Assembly: GCA_964016885.1 (NCBI GenBank)
Contig: OZ024743.1
Coordinates: 376,836,001-376,900,000, forward strand
Length of the DNA: 64,000 bases
Origin: Eledone cirrhosa
Lineage: Eukaryota
Reading direction: 5' to 3'
The notes below the pieces were generated by a model. It saw only the letters and a list, made by a program, of their open reading frames with translations, did no database searches and was not told the origin of the DNA. Both the position numbers and the translations under genes were made by a program. Numbering within the stretch: position 1 is the first letter of the stretch; the number at the start of each line of letters is the position of its first letter. Shown here piece by piece: positions 54,421 through 64,000 of the stretch.

Positions 54421-54795
54421 GACAGAATAAGACTATCTAGTTACAGTGGAATAATTGATGCAATGTTAAATTAAACCAAGTGTGAATTAAGGTTGGTAAT
54501 GTAAGGAATTTATCATTGAATGACCAACTATTAACAACATATAACAATTTCTTTACGCTTCACCTTTGCGCTCGTCTGTAAAGGCAAAGCTATTAATTTC
54601 TCGTGCATGACAGTTATTCTATCAACTATGGTCTTCTTTATTGTTTGTTAGGCTATAACATACTTATCTAATTCTTCAGATAAAATGTTCTTCCATTTCT
54701 GAAAATAAACTCATGTGTCTTGAAATATTGGCTTAAATAGGAACAGGATTAACTATTTATTGAAAAGAGACATGCAATCATGCAATTACATTACT

Positions 54796-55745
54796 GGTGG
54801 GTGGTATTGGTGGTGGTTGTTGTGGTTGTTGTGGTGGTGGTGGTGGTGGTGGTGGTGGTGGTATTGGTGGTGGTTGTTGTGGTGGTGGTGGTAGTGGTGG
54901 TATTGGTATTGATGTTGGTGGTAGTTGTGGTGGTGGTGGTGGTGGTGGTGGTGGTGGTGGTGGTGGTTGTTGTAGTGGTGGTGGTGGTTGTGGTGGTGGT
55001 AGTGGTGGTATTGGTATTGATGTTGATGGTGATAGTGGTGGTTGTGGTAGTAGTGTTGGTAGTGGTGGTAGTTGTGGTGGTGGTAGTGGTGTTTATAGTG
55101 GTGGTGGTGGTGGTGGTGGTGGTGATAGTAGTGGTTGTGGTGGCGGTGATAGTGGTGTTTGTGGTGGTGGTGATAGTGGTGGTGGTAGTTGTGGTGGTGG
55201 TAATGGTGGTTGTAGTGGTGGTTGCAGTGGTGGTGGTGATGGTGGTGGTAGTTGTGGTGGTGGTAGTGGCGGTTGTAGTGGTGGTTGTAGTGGTGGTTGT
55301 AGTGGTGATGGTTGTAGTGGTGGTGGTTGTGGTAGTGGCGGTTGTAGTGGTGGTTGAGTGGTGGTGGTGGTGGTGATGGTTGTGGTGGTGGTGGTTGTGG
55401 TAGTGGTAGTAGTGGTGATAGTGGTGGTTGTAGTGGTGGTGGTGGTGGTGGTGATAGTGGTGCTGATAGTGGTGGTTTAATGATGGTGGTGGTTGAAGTG
55501 GTGGTTGCAGTAATGGTGGTGGTAGTGGTGGTGGTAGTTGCGGTGGTGGTGGCTTTAGTGGTGATGGTTGTGGGGGTGTTGTAGTTGTTATTGTTATTGT
55601 TGTTGGTGGTGGTGGTGGTGGTGGTGGTCGTGGTGGTGGTGGTGGTGGTGGTGGTAGTAGTGGTGGTGGTGGTGGTGGTGGTGGTGGTGGTGGTGGTGGT
55701 GTTGCTGGTGATTGTCGTGATGGTGTGTTGGCGGTGGTAATGGCG
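54796..55745. repeat. (GGT/AGT/TGT)n trinucleotide array
   Basis: Direct inspection. Confidence 0.95.
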
Positions 55746-55787
55746 ATGGTTGACACACCGCAGCTTGTGATCTAACTTTGATAACCA

Positions 55788-55880
55788 GACAAAATTGATA
55801 ACACCAAACATAATCACACACACACACACATACACACACACACACACACACAGAGGCAAGATTGATACCACCAACATAAT

Positions 55881-55911
<31 letters not shown>

Positions 55912-55946
55912 ACAAGATTGATACCACCAACATAATCACACACACA

Positions 55947-55978
<32 letters not shown>

Positions 55979-56016
55979 GAGACAAGATTGATACCACCAA
56001 CATAATCACACACACA

Positions 56017-56048
<32 letters not shown>

Positions 56049-56090
56049 GAGACAAGATTGATACCACCAACATAATTACACACACAAATA
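55788..56090. repeat. Minisatellite: GACAAGATTGATACCACCAACATAAT + (CA)n, 5 units
   Basis: Core starts at about 55788, 55855, 55911, 55981 and 56051; unit length varies with the (CA)n length. Confidence 0.92.
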
Positions 56091-56298
56091 CATATATATA
56101 TATATACACACACACAGAGAGGGAGAGAGAGGGGAGGGGTGGGGAGAGTGACAATTGTATTCTACATTTATACGCATATATACACCGATAAACATATACA
56201 TATATAAATGCACACATACACACAGATATACACTCATACACATATTTATACAAATATACTTCTCTTAATGTATGTGTGTGGCTACACTTGAAGTAATG

Positions 56299-56397
<99 letters not shown>

Positions 56398-56624
56398 TCG
56401 TCATCATGCCTCCATTGTATGTGTGTGACTATATATTTATTAATATATAAGTATGTGTGTCGTTTTATGTATAAATGTATGTGTTTGACTACATTTGTAT
56501 TAATATATATTTATATATATATGTGTGTGTGTGTGTGAGAGTGTGTGTGTGTTGTTATACGTGTATTGGTGCATGTGTGCGTTAGATGAACTAATAAAAT
56601 TCTTTGTAATGGTTGTTTATGCTT

Positions 56625-56705
56625 TCTTCAAATCCTGCTGAGGTAAACGTTGACTTACATCCTTAAGGAGTCGATAAATAAAGTACCAGTCAACTATTGG
56701 GGTTT
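56625..56705 (+). mobile_element. Family 1 SINE fragment
   Basis: TTCAAATCCTGCTGAGG..CATCCTTAAGGAGTCGATAAATAAAGTACCAGT. Confidence 0.7.
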
Positions 56706-57084
56706 ATTTATCTCTCTCCTTCGTAACTTGGCTACGATGCACTGTACGAAGTCATGGGCAGTCACAAACCATGTGCCTTTCTATAGAATGTAGTTCTGTG
56801 CTCTGGCCTTATGACCTTGTAGCCTTGAGATAAATTTTAACCTTTTTTAACCTTAGGAGCAAAACTTGATACATCTAAGTTAAGTAAAAATGATTGAGCA
56901 TCTAAGATATATCCAATGTGTGTGATCTCCTCATAGAGAGGTTGGAGTGTCGCCTGCAGCCCTTTTAAAAAACTTGGTGGAACCAAGGTTTGAACTAAAG
57001 GTTTGAACGCAGCTGATTTCTTTCCGAGAAAAAAAAAAGAGTGAGAGTAAAAGAGAGAATGGGATAAATAGAGAGGCAGAAAAA

Positions 57085-57220
57085 TCTATCCCAGTAATTG
57101 ACTTGTACTTTATTTATCGATCATGTAAAAAGATTTGACCTCCTCGGAGTATAGAAATGTTGAACGAATATTGCAAAACATTCTATCAGATGTAAAGAGT
57201 CTATCACTTCGCCCGCCACT
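57085..57220 (-). mobile_element. Degenerate family 1 SINE
   Basis: CCCAGTAATTGACTTGTACTTTATTTATCGA ... TTCGCCCGCC. Confidence 0.5.
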
Positions 57221-58107
57221 GTCATATATGAGATATTAAACTGAAAATAAAAAGTTAAAACCTCTAACACAAACATAAGTTTATTTTTATCAGAATTCTA
57301 TAATTTAATCTTCCAAAGACCCACTGCCTTTGAATATTTCAAAGCTAAGCAATTGCCGTTCTACAAAAATTCTTTGTCATCAGTAACAGAATAGCTGCAT
57401 TGAAACGCTCTTTCAAACTGTAATATTATTTTGGGTTGAAATTCATTTGACCATGTAGTTATTATAGTCTCATTTAATTACTTGCAGTGAATCTTGTCAC
57501 ATTTCTGTTTCCCCAGTCCATTATTGGAAAGATATTAATTCTAAATACTCTTTTCTGCATTGTCCACTTTCTCATCTTCCATACCCAACATCCTGCTCAC
57601 TCATATTCTTCATTCGCTTCTGAGTTATTGCAATTTCTATTTTCATATTTTTGTTTCCGAGTGGCCTAGGGGTCAGAAGAAATATGCAACCCCTTCACCC
57701 TCCCCTTCTCTACCACCACCAACACCACCAGAACCACTCCCACCACCACCACTACACTCTTGAACTTTTATGATTAATTTTTACAGTTAGAGCATCGACT
57801 TATTTTTGTAAATCTCTCTTCTTTTACTTTCACAGAATCTCAAATTACTTTCCAATTCAGAAAAATTGTCTTTCAGTAGAATTCATTTTCTTTCTTTTTT
57901 CTTTTCTTCCTTGTTTCAATTCTTCTTTTTCACGGAGTCCTAGACCAATATGTTTGAAAAGTAGGAATCTTATTGTTAGCCATTGTTGATGGCTACTAGC
58001 TCCGCTGCTCGTTATATAGGATGTGATGCCATAACTATTATACTTAATCTGTGAACGAAAAGTCTATTATGTCTAGTAGTTGCGATAGTTTGACTTGACA
58101 CAATGCT

Positions 58108-58123
58108 GATACTACTACTACTG

Positions 58124-58178
<55 letters not shown>

Positions 58179-58258
58179 CACCACCACCACTACTACTACC
58201 ACTACTAGTACCACCACCACCACTACTACTACCACCACCACCACCACCACCACCACTA

Positions 58259-58302
<44 letters not shown>

Positions 58303-58600
58303 ACTCAAGCTCTCTTCCCTCCCTCTCTACCACTTCCATTGATTCATCTTAATAATTTTATGCTCTTCTGCTAATGAGATTTCTTAGAATTAAATTTTTA
58401 TTCTTTCGTTTCTACACCATTTGTTTCTTCTTCTTCTTCTTCTTCTTCTTCTTCTTCTTCTTCTTCTTCTTCTTCTTCTTCTTCTTCTTCTTCTTCTGTA
58501 TTTTAGACACATTCATTATTTTATTATATACATTGACAAACTGGATGTCCTATACAGTGTTAGTGGCTATGGTGGTGGTGGTGGTGGTGGTGGTGGTGGT
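58108..58600. repeat. (CTA)/(CCA)/(CTG), (TTC)n and (GGT)n microsatellites
   Basis: Direct inspection. Confidence 0.93.
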
Positions 58601-59044
58601 GGGGAACAGTACAGTGTGAGGTGACAGACGGTAGTTATTTAACACAAAAAAAAACTGTAAGGAGATGAAAATAAAGAATTATAATTATTCTTAATCTATT
58701 TCATTTAATTTCTAATTTTAAATAATCTATTCTAAAAATTTAATTTCTCAATTTCTCTAAGAAAACCCACGATTTGTTATATTTTCTCAAATTCATCAAA
58801 TTTACTATTCTCATCAGAATTTCATAATTAAGTTAATGTAATGGAATATAAGTTTAAAGCGACGATTCTCAAGCTTCCTTTTTAATTTTATATTCAAATT
58901 TAATGTTGACAGTTTATATTGTATATATTTTAAAGCTTAAGAAATTAAAAAAAGAATTTGAAAATATGATACTCCCAAATTCAGAAAATAACTGCTATAA
59001 CGATAGACCACTATAAATAATAGGAAAATTTTGTAAATTAAACT

Positions 59045-59340
59045 TCTTCTTCACCCATTTATTCCTGAGAGTGTCGTGGGACAGAGTCCTCAAACACTCC
59101 TTTCAGCGGGTTCTGTCAAAAGCAACCGTCACCAACTGATTCGGCTGGATCCCCAATGAGATCAGCCAAGCTCGTGGATGTTATCCAACCATCTTGCTCG
59201 GGGTCTACCCCTGGGTCTCTTGTCGGCGATTCCAGTGATTATTTCCTAAGACATTCTAACCCCATGCCCCCCATAATATCGGAGCTGTGATCTCTCAATT
59301 CGGAGAAGTAGCGGTTCTACCTGGAGTAACTCTCTCATCT
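59045..59340 (-). mobile_element. RTE (Expander/Rex3-like) LINE 3' end
   Basis: MRELLQVEPLLLRIERSQLRYYG/HGVRM..KRPRGRPRARWLDNIHEL..GIQPNQLVTVAFDRTR, ending in a GAAGAAG tail. Confidence 0.88.
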
Positions 59341-59420
59341 CCTGCGGGTAACTAACTCCACGCCGATGGTGGTGAATATGGAGATGGTCCTAGGGCCAAG
59401 GGCATCAGAAGTCTCCACTT
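59341..59420 (-). mobile_element. CRE-like RLE fragment (about 80 bp)
   Basis: TGCGGGTAACTAACTCCACGCCGATGGTGGTGAATATGGAGATGGTCCTAGGGCCAAGGGCATCAGAAGTCTCCACT aligns with 40551-40627. Confidence 0.8.
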
Positions 59421-59471
59421 TTAAAAGGAAAGTATATCATAAATGAGATATCTCAGGAAGATATTAGATCA

Positions 59472-59802
59472 TATTATAGAACAAATCTATCGATTTTAGC
59501 TGCCACCACTGCATGTGAAACTAATTGAAATTAATTAAGTACATTGGACAGTTGTAAGCAGCTGTCTTTTTGCTTCTACAATTTAACAGTGAATAGAAAT
59601 GGCGGAATCGGCAGGATTTTCGATTTCAACGTTAATACATCTCCTTCAGCAACCACTTACTCCCGTCTTAACTGACCACCGTGAAATTCTATTTAAAACC
59701 ACCCACTATTATTAAACAGTTTATTAAACCAATGCATCTAATTAATTTTAATTAGATTACATATGCAGTGGCAGCGGAAATCTATAGATTTGTCCTACAG
59801 TA
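59472..59802. mobile_element. MITE with terminal inverted repeats of about 75 bp
   Basis: Left arm 59472-59547 (TAGAACAAATCTATCGATTTTAGCTGCCACCACTGCATGTGAAACTAATTGAAATTAATTAAGTACATTGG) is the imperfect reverse complement of right arm 59729-59802; TA flanks. Confidence 0.85.
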
Positions 59803-59897
59803 TTATAGTAGAGCTTCAAACATAACAGCTAATGAGCCAGTAATTTATTTAATCTTGTGTAGAGTATGTTTATAGAAGTAACAGAGATCTTTGCAGA

Positions 59898-60412
<515 letters not shown>

Positions 60413-60554
60413 GGCGAGGCATAACATTTTTTTATTTATTTAAATATAGTTTCTTGAATGTTTTCCTCTAATTTTTCTAATTGCCAGAAATATTTAGATT
60501 TGAAACAAATACTGGGAATAAATTAGCCGTGACTCCTGTTATATTTACTTCCAT

Positions 60555-60788
60555 ACACACACTACTACTACTACCTATACTACCACCTTGTTACTACCAC
60601 CAACACCACACTACTACTACCTATACTACCACCTTGTTACTACCACCAACACCACACTACTATTACTACCTATACTACACCCTGAAACTACTACCTTATT
60701 ACTACCACCAACACTACACTACTACTACTACTACTACTACCTATACTACCACCTTATTACTACCACCTTATTACTACCACCAACACCA

Positions 60789-60830
<42 letters not shown>

Positions 60831-61302
60831 CACTCTGTTACTACCACCAACACCACACTACTACCTATACTACCACCTATGCCACCACTACTACCACCAA
60901 CACCACTACCACCTACACCAATACCACCACTACTGCCAACAACGTCACCATTACTACCAACAACAACACAACTACTACCAACACTAGCACTACTACCACC
61001 AACACCACCAGCATCACTACCACCTACACCAACACTACCACCACCATTACTACCACATAGACCAACATTACTATAACTAACACTACTACTACTACTACTA
61101 TTACCACTATCACCTACAGCCAACACCACACTACTCTTTCTCTCTCTCTCTTTCTCTCTCTCTCTCTTCTCTCCCCTACTCTCTTATCAGTCTTTTCTCT
61201 CAAGTCCCCATTCTCTCCCTCCTGTTCCATCTCTACTCTTTCTCTCTCTACTATCTCTCCCTTCTCTCTCTCTATCTATCTATCTATCTATCTCTTCTCT
61301 CT

Positions 61303-61337
<35 letters not shown>

Positions 61338-61520
61338 CCTACTCTCTTACCAGTATTCTCTCTCATGTCCTCATTTTCTCCCTCTTCCTCTTTTCTCTTT
61401 GGCTCTGTACTCCCCCTCTCTATCTATCTATCTATCTCCCCCCCTCTCACGCTCTCTATACCTATCTATCTATCTCCCTCCCTCTCACGTTCTCTATATC
61501 TATCTATCTATCTCCCTCTC
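60555..61520. repeat. (CTA/CCA) array with higher-order unit of about 48 bp, followed by (CT)/(CTAT) tract
   Basis: CACACTACTACTACCTATACTACCACCTTGTTACTACCACCAACAC recurs in 60557-60880. Confidence 0.9.
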
Positions 61521-62029
61521 ACATCTCACCACGACCCTATCCAACCACCTATCTCTATGAATCATTGATATGCACCATTACATAGCAGCAAGACTTTCTT
61601 CACAAGACTACCCTACCATCCTCACCACCACATCATCCACAACCACCACCATCATCATCACCGTCTCCCCTCCACAACAACCACCATCCTCACCGTCTCC
61701 CCATCAATACCACCATTACAATAACCCTGAACACCACCAACATCCCTCACTAACACAATCCCTACTACTACCACCACCATCACAATCATCCTTAACATCA
61801 CAAAGCTACCACTTACACCACTAACACCACCATAAACACAACTAATGCCGCTACCACTGGCAATAGTACCACCAATACCACTAACACTACAATCTCCTCC
61901 ACCTGGACCAACTAATGCCACCACCAACACCCTAATACCCCACTAGCACTACATCCATTACCATCAATACCATCCAATGCTATCATCAATGGTAGAACAT
62001 ATGTCAGAAACAAAGGTACTTCTCCAAAT

Positions 62030-64000
62030 ACCCACCAACACCACCAACACCACCAATACCACCAACACCACCAACACCATCAACACCACCAATACCACCA
62101 ACACCACCAACACCATCAACACCACCAACACCACCAACACCACCAATACCACCAACACCACCAACACCATCAACACCACCAATACCACCAACACCACCAA
62201 CACCACCAATACCACCAACACCACCAACACCACCAACACCACCAACACCACCAATACCACCAACACCACCAACACCACTAACACCACCAACACCACCAGC
62301 ACCACCAATACCACCAACACCACCAACACCACCAAAACCACCAACACAACCACCAACACCACCAACACCACCAACACCACCAACACCACCAACACCACCA
62401 ACACAACCACCAACACCACCAATACCACCAACACCACCAACACCACCACCAAAACCACCAACACAACCACCAACACCACCAATACCACCAACACCACCAA
62501 CACCATCAACACCACCAACACCACCAACACCACCAACACCACCAACACCACCAACACCTCCACCTCAATCAACAACAACAACATCAGCAATAATACCATC
62601 CTCACCATCAACACAACCACTACCAACACCTTCACAAGCACAACCACCACAACCAATACCACTATCACCACTACCACCACCACCACCACTACCACCACCA
62701 ACAACAGCAGTAATACCAAGCACAACCACCACAACCAATACCACTATCACCACCACCACTACCACCACCACCACCACTACCACCACCAACAACAGCAGTA
62801 ATACCAAGCACAACCACCACAACCAATACCACTATCACCACCACCACTACCACCACCACCACCCCAAGCACTTCCGCACCATCACCACCACTACCACCAT
62901 TACCATTACCACCACCACCGCATCACCACCATCACCACTACCACTACCACCACCATAACTATTACAACCACCATAACCATTACCACCATCACCATCACCA
63001 CCATCACCAACACAACTATTACCACCAGCATCACCACTAATACCTCCCCACTACCACCATCATCACATCATCACCATCATCACCATTACCACCACTACCA
63101 CCACCACTACCTCCATCACCAGCACAACTATTACCACCACCATCACCACTACTATCTCCCCCACTACCTGCATCATCACCATTACCACCACCATCACTAC
63201 CACCACCACCATCATCACTATCACCATCATCACTACAACTACCACCACCATAATCACCATTTCCATCATCACTACCACCACCATCACTACAACTGCCACC
63301 ACCATCATCATCATTTCCATCATCACTACCACCACCATCACTACCACTACCACCATCATCACTATCACCACCATCACTACAACTGCCACCACCATCATCA
63401 TCATTTCCATCATCACTACCACCACCATCACTACCACTACCACCATCATCACTATCACCACCATCACTACAACTGCCACCACCATCATCACCATTTCCAT
63501 CATCACTACCACCACCATCACTACTACTACCACCACCACCATCACAACCACTACCACCACCACCATCATCATCATTACCATCATAACCACTACCACCACC
63601 ATCATCACCATTACCACCACCATCACAACCACTACCACCACCACCATCATCACCATTACCATCATCACCATTACCCCCACCACCACCTCCACCATCACTA
63701 CCACCACCACCATCATCACCATTACCACCACCATCACAACCACTACCACCACCACCATCATCACCATTACCTCCACCACCATCATCACCATACCCCCACC
63801 ACCACCTCCACCATCACTACCACCACCACCATCATCACCATTACCACCACCATCACAACCACTACCACCACCACCATCATCACCATTACCTCCACCACCA
63901 TCATCACCATACCCCCACCACCACCTCCACCATCACTACCACCACCACCATCATCACCATTACCACCACCATCACAACCACTACCACCACCACCATCATC
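62030..64000. repeat. (ACCAACACC)n 9-mer array, then CCA/TCA/CTA arrays with 80-120-bp higher-order units
   Basis: 9-mer at 62030-62560; CAAGCACAACCACCACAACCAATACCACTATC unit at about 62635, 62717 and 62805; 119-bp duplication near 63771/63890. Confidence 0.93.

Noticed and set aside
54797-55357. Gly/Cys/Ser-rich ORF resembling loricrin or keratin-associated proteins
   Set aside because: All residues derive from NGT variants of a (GGT)n repeat, several frames are equally open, and it has no ATG start.
55788-56090. CRISPR-like repeat-spacer pattern
   Set aside because: The apparent spacers are only (CA)n.
61977-62801. 274-aa Thr/Asn mucin-like ORF
   Set aside because: It derives from a 9-bp tandem repeat within a larger CCA-type field, with no signal peptide or exon boundaries.

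Overview
Eukaryotic (animal) genomic DNA, not prokaryotic. The SINE/RTE repertoire and microsatellite load resemble octopus genomes, but that assignment is from recall and is unverified. Bases 1-31524 are an uninterrupted 37-bp satellite (consensus GTTGCCAATAGATGCTATAGGGATATATTTGGTCACT, about 852 monomers, truncated by the window start). It keeps its register almost perfectly, shows layered block duplications, contains a highly homogeneous sub-array, and ends abruptly in about 0.8 kb of a degenerate relative. The remaining 32 kb is AT-rich, intron-like DNA with simple repeats, tRNA-derived SINEs, LINE fragments (RTE, CR1/L2-like, CRE-like RLE) and MITEs. Two + strand exons with canonical splice sites and compatible phases (36031-36131, 39238-39363) encode a low-complexity, acidic peptide from an unidentified gene. 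Nearly all ORFs in the supplied track are microsatellite artefacts. I found no CRISPR array, operon or clearly new protein system. The best leads are the satellite architecture and inverted repeats that could fold the pre-mRNA around the symmetric exon.
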